Assembly: GCA_965203445.1 (NCBI GenBank)
Contig: OZ241883.1
Coordinates: forward strand, 1,536,001-1,600,000
DNA: 64,000 nucleotides
Direction of reading: 5' to 3'
DNA from: Candidatus Oxydemutator sp.
GTDB taxonomy: Bacteria; Pseudomonadota; Gammaproteobacteria; Poriferisulfidales; Oxydemutatoraceae
Shown here: piece by piece, positions 30,441 through 40,434 of the stretch
Numbering within the stretch: position 1 is the stretch's first letter
Layout of the letters: every line of letters begins with the position of its first letter
The notes under the pieces: model-generated
The model's database searches: none
Seen by the model: the letters and a program-made list of their open reading frames with translations, nothing else
What the model was told of the DNA's origin: nothing
Position numbers and translations under genes: made by a program

Positions 30441-33400
30441 TTACTCGGGGCGGCACAGGCGGCAGCCGACGGCGCCGTCGTTGCTGATCACAAAAAATCG
30501 GTCCAGCGACAGAACCTCGCCGTCGAAGTCCAGGTCGGCGTCGAACACGTAGTTGCGCGACGCGGCGGCGGGGTCGTAATCGCGGTTGCCGATGACCGTC
30601 AGATTGTTGGCGCGGATCAGGGCCGCGTCGCCCGAATCAATCGTGCCGTCGCGGTTCACGTCGCCGGCGATCATGCCGAACGCGCCGCCCGCCAGTTCGC
30701 GCTGGTTGTTGCCGTGGGACTGCCGCACGGTGAAGTCCACGCAGTAGTCGGCGCCGCAGTTCCCGCTCGTCGCCGGCTGCGCCGACATCACCGGCAGGTG
30801 GTTGCGGTGGTGGAGCAGCACGTAGAGGTCGCGGTCGCGGTGTTCCAGGCCGGTGCCCAGGCGCACGCCCTCGGCGGCGACCGCGGCCGCGGCCGACGAG
30901 GCGCCGTCGTCTATGCCGGCGACGCCGCCGTCTCGCAGCAACAAGCCGGCCTTGCGCTCCACCATCTGCGAAGCATCCGCCGACGGCGGAGCGGCACCGC
31001 GCGCCGAGGTGCGCAACTCCATCAGCATCCAGTCGACGGCGTCGGGAGCGGCGTCGGACAGCCCGAAACCGCCCGCGATGCCGGGCACTCCGACGGTCTG
31101 CGGATGGCCCCACGGCGCCACGCCGTACGGCTGGCGCACGGGCAGGCGGTCTATCACGGCGGTCTTCATCGTCCGGCTGCCCGCGTCGTACGCCCCCTGC
31201 AGGAATACGCGCGCGTGCACCGTAACCTGGGTCACGCCGTTCGCCTCGACGTCGACGTAGAGCGGCCCGGTGTGCGCGGCCACGCGTCCCGCGCTGCGTG
31301 CCGAGGCGTCGTCGAAGACGATCACCATCCGCTCCCGGCCCTCGCCGATGCCGTCTTCCAGCGCGCGTACGACGAAGGTCGGGCTGGTGCCGTCCGCCAC
31401 CGCCGCGGCCGACAACACCGCGGCGGTGCTCGTGAAACGCACGCCGGCCGTGCCTTCGAGCGCATAGTCGGAAGGCGTCACCCGCGTGCCGTGCACCGTG
31501 TACGGCAGCACCACGTCGGCGGTGGGTCTGGCGCCCGCCAGCGCGAACGTCTGCACCGGAGTCTGCCGCCCTTCCGATACGTCTATCGTGCGCCCGGGCA
31601 GGGCGACCGAGATCGCGTCGTCGTCCGCTATCGTCCCGGCAATCGCGCCGCCGGCAAAGAACTGCCCGGAGTCCGGCGCTTGCAGGTATATCGAGTAGCG
31701 TTCGTCGCCTTCGTTTTCGTCGTCGTCGCGCGCCGTCACGGTGAAGGTTTTGGTGGCGCCGCGCGCGTCGCCCGCGGCGAACGCGAGCGTGCCGCTGGCG
31801 GCGATGAAATCCGGCGGCGTCGCAATGCCGACGCCGGCGCCGTCGAAGACCAGGGCCCAGCGCACCGTAACGTTTGCCGCGAGCGTCGTCCCCGCGGCCA
31901 GGCCGAGGACGACCTGATAGTCGCGCGAGTCTCCTTCCGCCAACGGTGCGCGGCTGCCGTCGAGCGCCAGCCAGTGCGCGACCGGCGCCGCCTCTAGGGT
32001 ATAGGTGCCGACGCCGGCGTTGCGCCAGGCGCCGGCGATGAGATAGTGGAGGCCGGTGTCGCGCGCCACGTAGCCGATGCGGGCGTCGCGTCCGCCGCCG
32101 CCGTCGTCGTCCTCTCGCAGGAGCGCGCCGGTGCCGTCCGTCAGGCGAAGATACGGATCGGCGAGCGTGCCTCTCGCGCTATCGTGACCTTGCAGATCGA
32201 AGCGGTAGCCGCGCCCGGCTTCAAGAGGCGCGCCGAACCAGTCGCGGTCGCCATAGAAATCAATCGTGCCGGTCGTGGCGACCGCGATGGCCGCGATGGC
32301 GATAGTCGCGGTACTGTCACGCCGCCCGGGGTAGTCGTCCAAGCGCTCCGCCGAGTTTTCGGCGACCGTCAGCGTGTAGCTGCCGACGTAGTCGTCGTTC
32401 CAGGCGTCGGCGACTATGTAGTAGAGGCCGCTTGCAGGCGGCGCATAGCTCAGGCGCGAGTTGCGCTGGACGCCCGGAACTACGTCGTCGCCGTGCAGCA
32501 GCGGTTCGCCGTCGCTCCCTCTGACGGAAAGGAACGGGTCAACCAGCGTGCCTTTCGCCGTCTGTGCGCCTTCGAGGTCGAAACGGTAGCGCCGTCCGGC
32601 CGCAAGCGTTGCCCGAAACCAGTCCTCGTCGCCGGGGAAGTCTATCGTGCCAGTGGCGGTGGTTGTGGCGCCCGCGGCGACGGCGATGGTCGCGGTGGTG
32701 TCGCGCCCCCCCGCAACGTCGTCGCGCGCCCGCGACACCGACAATGTATAGGTGCCGGTGCCGGCGACCGCCAGAACCCTCAGGTAGTAGTCGCCGGCGA
32801 CGGGCGGTGCGTAACCCAGGCGGGCGTTGCGTCCGCGCCCGCCGTCGTTGTTCTCCGCCAACGTCCTGCGGTCGGTGCGCGTCAAGTAAAGATACGGGTT
32901 GGCCAGCGTGCCCCTCTGGCTGTCTGCGCCCTCCAGGTCGAAGCGGTACAGTCTCCCCTCCTCGAGGGTGACCTGAAACCAGTCCCTATCCTGCGTGCTC
33001 TCGATGGTGCCGGTTACGCTGCCGCCGACGGAGACGCTTCCCTCCAGGGGCGGGTAAAGGTGGGGGGGGCCTACGTACTCGTAGTCCGGACTCGCGCTGT
33101 CGTCGAAACCGGCCGCGGCTCCGTCGCCTTTGTAATACGCGGCCCCGTACGTCAGCGCGCCGCGCACCCTGCCGTCCTCGTAGATTTTGGCAAACGCGGA
33201 GGCGTTTCCCCGGCATGAGCCTGCGTCCACGTGCGTGAGCACTCCGACGATGCGCGCGGCATTCCCGCCGCCGCGCACTACGGACGCGCCCGAGGCGCCC
33301 GCGGTACCTTTGCCCAACGTGTAATTTATCTGGTAATGCGAGCAGCCGTCCGCCATACAACCCGAGGAAAAAACGGTTCTACCTTGCTCCTGGCCGCTCA

Positions 33401-34580
33401 AGTGCCAGCGGGATTCTATCGTCGCCTCGGCGTACTTCTGGTTGTTGGTAAAAAATCGCCCGGCGCTTGCATGGTGCACCGTGGATACCGTCGTGCCGTT
33501 GGGCTGAAAATCGGGATCCCATCCCGACAAGGTGTAGCTTCCGGCGCCGCTCAGGGCGCCCTCTATGCGCAGCAGCGCGTAGTCGCCTCGCCGGTGCGCG
33601 ACGACGAAGCGGGCGTTTTCCCCGGTAACGCGCGGCGAACCGCAGCCGTCTTGGGAGAATTCAAACGTTGCGTTTATGAACTTGCCCCTGGGGGTTCCGA
33701 CGGATTCGACGACGTCGTCAACGCAGTGCCACGCGGTCAGGAAGTAGAGTGTCCCGTCGCCGCTTTCGTTGTTGATCAGGGTGCCGGTACATGCGCCGGA
33801 TCTTCTGCCCATGGAGTTGACCGTCCAGTAACGCGCGGTGCTTCTCCTGCTCTGGGTCGAGGCCTGCGGATAGTCGCACACCGAGTTGAAAGCGGGACAG
33901 GGATCCTCCTGTGCGCCGCCGACGCCGACGCCGGCGTCGGCCCCCGGCGCCGGCGCGATCCCTTGCAGCGATCCGTCCTCGCGCCGGAACGTGTGGCTGA
34001 TTCTGGCGTTTGCGAACGGGAACGCGTGCGGCTTCAGGCGCGCCGCCACGGGCGTCCAGAACTCGACGACGATAACGTCGCCCGTCGTCGGTTGCGACCA
34101 GAAGCGCCCGCCGTCGCCCGGGCCGCGCCCGGTGTAGCGCTGCACGCGCCGGCGCGTCGCGGCCACGGAATAGACGTTGACAAACGACCGCTCGTCGAGA
34201 TCAAAATCGGAGAAATGCACCTGCAATTCGACCGCCTGCGGCGAGCGTATCTGCACCTGCCACACGTCGAAGCCGTCGCGTCGCCCGACGCGCACCCAAT
34301 TCCGCGGCGCAAGCGACAACTCGCGGCCGATGCCGGAGTACATCGGGCGCGTGCGCGCGGCGAGCGCGCGGATGCGCCTTTGCTCCTCGGCGCTGAACGT
34401 CGGCAACTCGTAGCGCGCCGACAACGGATAAGCGGCGCGCGCCAGATCGAGCGCGTTGCGGGGTTCGACGTCCGGCGGCTCGGCCTCCATCACCTTGCCG
34501 GGCGCGCCATGAACCTCGCTGAAGATCGGCAAAAGCAGGGAAAAAATAGATAACAACAATCGCAAGCGCATCGGCCACAA
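30441..34580 (-). CDS. Large secreted S1 (lysyl-endopeptidase-like) serine protease with 3 PPC-like repeats, Calx-beta-like domains and a C-terminal dockerin-like module
   Basis: Signal peptide and propeptide; CTGTLIN, LTAWHC (His), DYALL (Asp), GASG (Ser); three D.DWF...G..YRFDL.G...TL.[DN]P repeats; DDDENEGDE; VFLQGAY...VDW...ELR...LLLRDG...HRNHL...GDVNRDGTIDSGD...DLDFDGEV. Confidence 0.9.
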   Translation of the reverse strand: MWPMRLRLLLSIFSLLLPIFSEVHGAPGKVMEAEPPDVEPRNALDLARAAYPLSARYELPTFSAEEQRRIRALAARTRPMYSGIGRELSLAPRNWVRVGRRDGFDVWQVQIRSPQAVELQVHFSDFDLDERSFVNVYSVAATRRRVQRYTGRGPGDGGRFWSQPTTGDVIVVEFWTPVAARLKPHAFPFANARISHTFRREDGSLQGIAPAPGADAGVGVGGAQEDPCPAFNSVCDYPQASTQSRRSTARYWTVNSMGRRSGACTGTLINNESGDGTLYFLTAWHCVDDVVESVGTPRGKFINATFEFSQDGCGSPRVTGENARFVVAHRRGDYALLRIEGALSGAGSYTLSGWDPDFQPNGTTVSTVHHASAGRFFTNNQKYAEATIESRWHLSGQEQGRTVFSSGCMADGCSHYQINYTLGKGTAGASGASVVRGGGNAARIVGVLTHVDAGSCRGNASAFAKIYEDGRVRGALTYGAAYYKGDGAAAGFDDSASPDYEYVGPPHLYPPLEGSVSVGGSVTGTIESTQDRDWFQVTLEEGRLYRFDLEGADSQRGTLANPYLYLTRTDRRTLAENNDGGRGRNARLGYAPPVAGDYYLRVLAVAGTGTYTLSVSRARDDVAGGRDTTATIAVAAGATTTATGTIDFPGDEDWFRATLAAGRRYRFDLEGAQTAKGTLVDPFLSVRGSDGEPLLHGDDVVPGVQRNSRLSYAPPASGLYYIVADAWNDDYVGSYTLTVAENSAERLDDYPGRRDSTATIAIAAIAVATTGTIDFYGDRDWFGAPLEAGRGYRFDLQGHDSARGTLADPYLRLTDGTGALLREDDDGGGGRDARIGYVARDTGLHYLIAGAWRNAGVGTYTLEAAPVAHWLALDGSRAPLAEGDSRDYQVVLGLAAGTTLAANVTVRWALVFDGAGVGIATPPDFIAASGTLAFAAGDARGATKTFTVTARDDDENEGDERYSIYLQAPDSGQFFAGGAIAGTIADDDAISVALPGRTIDVSEGRQTPVQTFALAGARPTADVVLPYTVHGTRVTPSDYALEGTAGVRFTSTAAVLSAAAVADGTSPTFVVRALEDGIGEGRERMVIVFDDASARSAGRVAAHTGPLYVDVEANGVTQVTVHARVFLQGAYDAGSRTMKTAVIDRLPVRQPYGVAPWGHPQTVGVPGIAGGFGLSDAAPDAVDWMLMELRTSARGAAPPSADASQMVERKAGLLLRDGGVAGIDDGASSAAAAVAAEGVRLGTGLEHRDRDLYVLLHHRNHLPVMSAQPATSGNCGADYCVDFTVRQSHGNNQRELAGGAFGMIAGDVNRDGTIDSGDAALIRANNLTVIGNRDYDPAAASRNYVFDADLDFDGEVLSLDRFFVISNDGAVGCRLCRPE

Positions 34581-34625
34581 CGGATATGCGGCGAATTATA
34601 GAGGATGAAGCGACCGCCCCACCAA

Positions 34626-34720
34626 CCCTTTCCCTCTGGGAGGGAGTTGGGGTGAGGGCCGTTCCGGTCTTATACACCGGTAAGGGAACGCCCCCACGGC
34701 GTTTTCGAGCGGTTCCTTAC
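34626..34720 (-). repeat. Composite REP/BoxC-like repeat copy, inverted orientation
   Basis: CCCTTTCCCTCTGGGAGGGAGTTGGGGTGAGGGCCGTTCCGGTCTTATACACCGGTAAGGGAACGCCCCCACGGCGTT is the reverse complement of the 186-269 unit, with a few mismatches. Confidence 0.88.
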
Positions 34721-34779
34721 TATATAATTGTGCCGCACCTTGGGCGCCCGCCGGGCGCGGCGCCGGAGCAGGCATCCTT

Positions 34780-36438
34780 ATGAAAGCATCAGAGTTATTC
34801 GTGCGCGCGCTGGAGAACGAGAACGTCGAATACATCTTCGGCATCCCGGGCGAGGAAAACATCCACATTATGGATGCGCTGCTGGACGGCGGTATCCGTT
34901 TTCTGGTGACGCGCCACGAACAGGGGGCGGCGTTCATGGCCGACGTCTATGGGCGCCTGACCGGCGAACCGGGCGTGTGCATGGCGACGCTTGGCCCGGG
35001 CGCCACCAACCTGATCACCGGTTTTTCCGACGCCAACATGGACAACGCGCCCATCGTCGCCGTGGCCGGGCAGGGCGCGACCACGCGCATGCACAAGGAG
35101 AGCCACCAGATACTCGACCTGGTGCGCCTGTTCGAGCCGATCTCGAAGTACAGCGTCGGCATCCGCTCGCCGCAGACGATACCCGAGGTCGTGCGCAAGG
35201 CCTTCAAGGTCGCGAAGACCGAGAAGCCGGGCGGCTGCTTTATTGATCTGCCCGAGAACGTCGCCTCCAGCGACCTGCCGGCCACGTCGTTCCTGCCCAG
35301 GGACGACGCCGGCGTGCCGGCGGCGCAGCCGGAGCGGATCGAGGAGGCGGCGCGGCTGATCGGCGAGGCGCGCTTCCCGATCCTGATGGCCGGCAACGGC
35401 GTCGTGCGCAACCGCGCGTGCGCGCAACTGGTCGAGTTTGCCGAGAAGCTCAACGTCCCGGTGGCCAACACTTTCATGGCCAAGGGCTGTATGCCGTTTC
35501 TGCACCGCCTGAGCCTGGGCACCGTCGGCCTGCAGGCGCGCGACTACGTCGCCTGTGGTTTCGCGCGCGCCGACGTCGTCATTTGCGCCGGCTACGACAT
35601 CGTCGAGTATCACCCGTGGCTGTGGCACCCCGACAAGAACAAGAAGATCATCCACGTGGACGCCCGCGTGTCGGAGGTGGACGAGCACTACGTGACCAGA
35701 TGCGAGGTCGTGGGCGACGTCGGCCTGTCGCTGAAGCGCATCGCCGAGCGCGTGCAGGCCGCCGGCGGCGAAAACCAGTACCAGAAGATGTCCGATTACT
35801 CGGCCAATCTGAAACACCTGATATTAGGCGAATTCGAGAAACACGCAGCAGACCTCGGCGCGCCGGTCAAACCGCAGAAGATTCTGTGGGACCTGCGCCA
35901 GGTGCTCGATGACGACGACGTGGTCATCTCCGACGTCGGCGCCCACAAGATGTGGGTCGCGCGCATGTATCAGGCCGAGGCGCCGAACACCTGCATCATC
36001 TCCAACGGTTTCGCCTCGATGGGCATCGGCGTGCCGGGCGCGGTCGCCGCCAAGCTGGTGTATCCGGAGCGCAAGGTGGTTACGGTCACCGGCGACGCCG
36101 GCTTCATGATGAACTCGCAGGAGCTCGAGACCGCGATCCGCGCGAACACGCCGATAGTCGTGCTGATCTGGCGCGACGACGCCTACGGCCTGATCAAGTG
36201 GCACCAACTGAAGGCTTTCGGCCGCGAGAGCAACATCCGCTTCGGCAATCCCGACTTCGTGCGTTACGCCGAGAGTTTCGGCGCGCGCGGGTTTCGCGTC
36301 GAAAACGGCGCCGAACTCGAGGGCATACTGCGCGAAGCCGTCTCCTGCAACACCGTCGCGGTCATTGACTGCCCGGTGGATTATTCTGAGAATATGAAGT
36401 TCACCGAGGAGATGGGGCAGCTGGTCTGCCCGATCTGA
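34780..36438 (+). CDS. ThDP-dependent acetolactate-synthase-like enzyme (possible 2-oxoglutarate decarboxylase)
   Basis: IFGIPGEEN, RHEQGAAFMADVYGRLTG, TLGPGATN, ESHQ, DVGAHKMW, ISNGFASMG, GDAGF, YGLIKW. Confidence 0.85.
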   Translation: MKASELFVRALENENVEYIFGIPGEENIHIMDALLDGGIRFLVTRHEQGAAFMADVYGRLTGEPGVCMATLGPGATNLITGFSDANMDNAPIVAVAGQGATTRMHKESHQILDLVRLFEPISKYSVGIRSPQTIPEVVRKAFKVAKTEKPGGCFIDLPENVASSDLPATSFLPRDDAGVPAAQPERIEEAARLIGEARFPILMAGNGVVRNRACAQLVEFAEKLNVPVANTFMAKGCMPFLHRLSLGTVGLQARDYVACGFARADVVICAGYDIVEYHPWLWHPDKNKKIIHVDARVSEVDEHYVTRCEVVGDVGLSLKRIAERVQAAGGENQYQKMSDYSANLKHLILGEFEKHAADLGAPVKPQKILWDLRQVLDDDDVVISDVGAHKMWVARMYQAEAPNTCIISNGFASMGIGVPGAVAAKLVYPERKVVTVTGDAGFMMNSQELETAIRANTPIVVLIWRDDAYGLIKWHQLKAFGRESNIRFGNPDFVRYAESFGARGFRVENGAELEGILREAVSCNTVAVIDCPVDYSENMKFTEEMGQLVCPI

Positions 36439-36457
36439 CGGAGGGCGCGACGGAACG

Positions 36458-37894
36458 ATGACGAGACGACACTGGGAGCCGCTAGTCGTCAAGGGCGGCG
36501 GCGGCAAGACCGTCGAGGTGACGCGCCCGTGGGACGGCGACACCATGGCCACCGTGGCCACCGTGGACGGCGCCACCGCGTTGCAGGCGCTGGAGACGGC
36601 GCATTCGATGTACCGCGACCGCGACGCGTGGCTGCCGCAGGCAAGGCGCATAGAGATATTGGAGAAGGCGTGCCGGCTGTTGACCGAGCGCGGCGACGAG
36701 CTTGCGGTGCAGGCCGCGGCCGAGGGCGGCAAGCCGCTGCCCGACTCCAAGGTCGAGCTTGCGCGCGCCGTGGTCTCGCTGCAAAGTTGCGTGGATTGCC
36801 TGCGCTCCGAACTCGGCCACGGTCGGCGCGTTCCGATGGGTGTCAACGCCGCCTCGATGAACCGCCTCGCGTTCACGATCAACGAGCCGATAGGCGCGGT
36901 GCTGGCGTTCAGCGCGTTCAACCATCCGATCAATCTGATCGCGCACCAGGTCGGCCCGGCCATAGCGGCCGGCTGCCCGGTCGTCGTCAAGCCGGCGGAG
37001 GCGACGCCGCTGTCGTGTTTCGCGCTGGTCGAGCTGCTCTACGAGGCGGGCCTGCCGCAAACCCACTGCCAGGCGTTTCTGGCCGAGGATCACGACGTCT
37101 CGGCGCGACTGGTGTCGGATGAGCGCGTCGGGTTCTTCAGTTTCATCGGCAGCGACCGCGTCGGCTGGATGCTGAAGAGCCGGCTGGCGCCGGGCGCGCG
37201 CTGCGCACTCGAACACGGCGGCATGGCGCCGGTCATCATCAGCGACGACGCCGATCTCGAGGACAGCCTGCCGTTGATCGCGAAGGGCGGCTTTTATCAC
37301 GCCGGCCAGGTTTGCGTGTCGGTACAGCGCGTCTTCGCCCACGCCTCGATCGCGCGCCGCGTCGCCGACGAACTGGCGCGCTTAGGCGGCGCGATGACGA
37401 TAGGAGACCCGACGTCGGCGGACACCGAGGTCGGCCCGCTGATTCGCCCCGGCGAGGTCGACCGCGTCGAGCAGTGGGTGGCCGAAGCCGACGCCGAGGT
37501 GGTCCGCGGCGGCGCGCGTTTTTCCGACACCGCGTATCAATGCACCGTGCTCTACGACCCGCCCGCCGAGGCCAAGGTCACGTGCCGCGAGGTGTTCGGC
37601 CCCGTCGTTTGCGTCTATCCGTTCGATAACGTCGCCGACGCCGTGCGCCGCGCCAACGACCTGCCGTATTCGTTCCAGGCCGCGGTCATCACGCGCGACC
37701 TCGATACCGCCGCCTACTGCGTGCGCCGTCTCGACGCGGCGTCGGTCATGGTCAACGACCACACCGCCTTTCGCGTGGACTGGATGCCGTTCGCCGGCCA
37801 CAAGCGTTCCGGCTACGGCACCGGCGGCGTCCCGTACACCTTCGACGACGTGCAGGCCGCCAAACTGGTCGTGATGCGCTCGAAGAATTGGTAG
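36458..37894 (+). CDS. Aldehyde dehydrogenase family protein
   Basis: SAFNHP.NL, KPA..TP, FIGS, LEHGG, GQVCVSVQR, EVFGPV, FRVDWMPF. Confidence 0.92.
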   Translation: MTRRHWEPLVVKGGGGKTVEVTRPWDGDTMATVATVDGATALQALETAHSMYRDRDAWLPQARRIEILEKACRLLTERGDELAVQAAAEGGKPLPDSKVELARAVVSLQSCVDCLRSELGHGRRVPMGVNAASMNRLAFTINEPIGAVLAFSAFNHPINLIAHQVGPAIAAGCPVVVKPAEATPLSCFALVELLYEAGLPQTHCQAFLAEDHDVSARLVSDERVGFFSFIGSDRVGWMLKSRLAPGARCALEHGGMAPVIISDDADLEDSLPLIAKGGFYHAGQVCVSVQRVFAHASIARRVADELARLGGAMTIGDPTSADTEVGPLIRPGEVDRVEQWVAEADAEVVRGGARFSDTAYQCTVLYDPPAEAKVTCREVFGPVVCVYPFDNVADAVRRANDLPYSFQAAVITRDLDTAAYCVRRLDAASVMVNDHTAFRVDWMPFAGHKRSGYGTGGVPYTFDDVQAAKLVVMRSKNW

Positions 37895-37918
37895 GCCTCG
37901 GCGGGCCTCGGTAGGCAC

Positions 37919-39271
37919 TTGGGGCGATCGCCGCGGGTGAACGCTGCGAACGGTGGCGCCGGCGACAGCCGCGGTCATCTGCGCCGCGACCGCGCCTCGC
38001 GGTTGGGGCTGACGCCCGCCGCGGTGTGTGCGCGCGCGCGCGACGTCATCGAACGCCTGCAGCAGGCCGGTTACGAGAGCTACCTGGTCGGCGGCGGCGT
38101 GCGCGATCTGCTGCTGGGCGAGACGCCCAAGGATTTCGACGTCGCGACCGAGGCGCGTCCCGAGGAGGTGCGCGCGTCGTTCGACCGGTGCCGGCTGATC
38201 GGACGCCGTTTCCGCCTGGCCCACGTCTATCGCGGCGGCGGGATCACCGAAGTGGCGACGTTCCGCGCCGGCGGCGACGACGGCGCCGGCTTTCGCGCCG
38301 CCGCCGGGCGCATCGTGCGCGACAACGTCTATGGCAGCCTCGAGGACGACGCGCTGCGCCGCGACTTCACGATCAACTCGATCTACTACGATCCGTTTTC
38401 CGATAATTTGATCAGCCACGAGCGCGCGCTCGAGGACGTGCGCGCGCGCCGCCTGCGCACCATCGGCGAGGCCGAGCGCCGCTACCTGGAGGATCCGGTG
38501 CGGATGTTGCGCGCGGTGCGCTTTCTGGCCAAGCCCGGCCTCGTCGCCGAGGAGCGCACCGGACGCCAGATCATGCGCCAGCGCGCCCTGCTGCGCGAGG
38601 TGTCGCCGGCGCGCCTGTTCGATCAACTGCTCAAGCTGTTCCACGGCGGCGCCGCGGCCCAGGTGTATCGTCTGTTGCGCGAGCACGGGTTGTTCGGCGT
38701 GTTGTTCCCGCAGACGATGAAGGCGCTGGAGCACGACCCGCAAGGCGCCCTCGACGATTTTCTCACCAGGCTGCTGGCAAGCACCGACGCGCGCGTGCGC
38801 GACGATCTGCCCTCGACGCCGGCCTTTGTGATCGCCGGCTTGTGGTGGCGCCCGGTGGCCGCCGTGGTCGAGCGCCAGGCCGGGGCGCACGGCCGCCGGG
38901 CGCCCGGTGGCTCGTCGGAGGAGGCGCTGTTGCGCGCGGTGCGCGAGGTCGCGCGGCACCAGAGACAAAGCGTCGCGGTGCCGCAGCGCCTGATCGCAAT
39001 CGCGCGCGACATCCTGCTGTTGCAGCGCCTGTTCACGAGTCCGGCGAAGAGAGACTTGCGGCGACTGCTGCTGCATCCGCGCTTTCGCGCGGCCTACGAT
39101 TTCTTCGACCTGCTGGAGCAGGCCGGTCTCGCCGACCGCGGCACCTGCCCCGGTTGGGCGCGCATCGAGGAGGCCGAGCGCGCCTCTCGCGCGCGCGACG
39201 GGCGGCGCCGAACGCGGCGGCGGCGGCGCGGCGCCCGTGCCCGCGCCGGCGCCGAGGGCGATGCGCGATGA
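37919..39271 (+). CDS. pcnB: Poly(A) polymerase I (start approximate)
   Basis: LVGGGVRDLLL, PKDFDVAT, LIGRRFRLAHV signature, RRDFTIN, EDPVRMLRA, HPRFRAAYDF, Arg-rich tail. Confidence 0.95.
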   Translation: MGRSPRVNAANGGAGDSRGHLRRDRASRLGLTPAAVCARARDVIERLQQAGYESYLVGGGVRDLLLGETPKDFDVATEARPEEVRASFDRCRLIGRRFRLAHVYRGGGITEVATFRAGGDDGAGFRAAAGRIVRDNVYGSLEDDALRRDFTINSIYYDPFSDNLISHERALEDVRARRLRTIGEAERRYLEDPVRMLRAVRFLAKPGLVAEERTGRQIMRQRALLREVSPARLFDQLLKLFHGGAAAQVYRLLREHGLFGVLFPQTMKALEHDPQGALDDFLTRLLASTDARVRDDLPSTPAFVIAGLWWRPVAAVVERQAGAHGRRAPGGSSEEALLRAVREVARHQRQSVAVPQRLIAIARDILLLQRLFTSPAKRDLRRLLLHPRFRAAYDFFDLLEQAGLADRGTCPGWARIEEAERASRARDGRRRTRRRRRGARARAGAEGDAR

Positions 39272-39756
39272 CGATGGCGGCCGTGGCCCTTGGCGCGAAC
39301 CTGGGCGCCGCGCGCGACAACGTCGCGCGCGCGCTCGAGCGCCTCGCGGCGCTGAAAGACACCCGCGTATGCGCGCGCTCGGCGCTGTACCGCAGCCGCG
39401 CCGTGGGGCCGCGCCAGCCGGACTACGTCAACGCGGCCGCCATAGTGGAGACCGATCTGTCGCCGTTGTCGCTGCTGGACGAGTTGCAGCACGTCGAACG
39501 CGCCTTCGGACGCCGCCGCGGCCAGCGCTGGGGGCCGCGCACGCTCGACCTCGACGTGGTCGTCTATGGCGATTCGATCATCGCCGACGAGCGCCTGACG
39601 GTGCCGCATCCGCGCGCCCACCTGCGCGCCTTCGTGCTGCGCCCGTTGGCCGAGATCGCGCCCGATCTCGTCGTGCCCGGGCGCGGCGCGGTGTCGCTGC
39701 TGTTGTCGCGGCTGCACGCCGACGCCGACGCCTGCCGCAAGATCAACGATGGCTGA
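39268..39756 (+). CDS. folK: 2-amino-4-hydroxy-6-hydroxymethyldihydropteridine diphosphokinase
   Basis: ALGANLG, QPDYVN, RWGPRTLDLD, LTVPHP, RAFVL.PL. Confidence 0.95.
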   Translation: MTMAAVALGANLGAARDNVARALERLAALKDTRVCARSALYRSRAVGPRQPDYVNAAAIVETDLSPLSLLDELQHVERAFGRRRGQRWGPRTLDLDVVVYGDSIIADERLTVPHPRAHLRAFVLRPLAEIAPDLVVPGRGAVSLLLSRLHADADACRKINDG

Positions 39757-40426
39757 GGCCGGCGCCGGCGTGCAACCGGGCTATCTGGTCGTCGAAGGCC
39801 CGGTCGGCGTCGGCAAGACCAGCTTGGCGCGGCGCCTGGCCGGGGATTTCTCGTGCCGGCTGGTGTTGGAGCAGGTCGAGGACAACCCTTTCCTCGAGGA
39901 GTTTTACCGCGATCCCGGGAGGATGGCGCTGCCGACGCAGTTGTATTTCCTGACGACGCGGCTGCGCCAGCTCGACGAGATACGCCAGTTCGACTTGTTC
40001 GCCGAAAGAACGGTCAGCGATTTTCTGTTCGAGAAGGACCGCCTGTTCGCGCGCCTGACGTTGGACGACCGTCAGTTCGAGTTGTACCGGCGCATCTACG
40101 ACGCCCTCGCCGGGCGCGCCGTCGAGCCGGACCTGGTCGTCTATCTGCAAGCGCCGGTCGAGGTGCTGGCGCGGCGCATCGAGAAGCGCGGACGGCGTTT
40201 TGAACGCCTCGTCGGGAGCGACTACCTGCGCCGCCTGAGCGCCGCCTACGGCGACTTCTTCCACCACTACGACGGCGCGCCGCTGTTGATCATCAACACC
40301 GGCGGCATTGACTTCGTCGCCAACGAGGGTGAGTACCGCAACTTGAAGGAGCAGATCCTGTCGCGCCGCGCCGGGCGCAACTACTACAACCCGGTGCCCA
40401 GCCCGCTGCTGCCGGAAGGTCTATAA
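39749..40426 (+). CDS. Deoxynucleoside kinase
   Basis: VEGPVGVGKTSL, NPFLEEFY, QLYFL, KDRLFA, PDLVVYLQA. Confidence 0.92.
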   Translation: MAEAGAGVQPGYLVVEGPVGVGKTSLARRLAGDFSCRLVLEQVEDNPFLEEFYRDPGRMALPTQLYFLTTRLRQLDEIRQFDLFAERTVSDFLFEKDRLFARLTLDDRQFELYRRIYDALAGRAVEPDLVVYLQAPVEVLARRIEKRGRRFERLVGSDYLRRLSAAYGDFFHHYDGAPLLIINTGGIDFVANEGEYRNLKEQILSRRAGRNYYNPVPSPLLPEGL

Positions 40427-40434
40427 TTTCGGTC

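Noticed and set aside
27043-30660. Remnant and protease C-terminus as a diversity-generating retroelement TR/VR pair
   Set aside because: Mismatches occur at all four bases and mostly look like ordinary paralogue divergence rather than adenine-specific changes; no reverse transcriptase is in the window.
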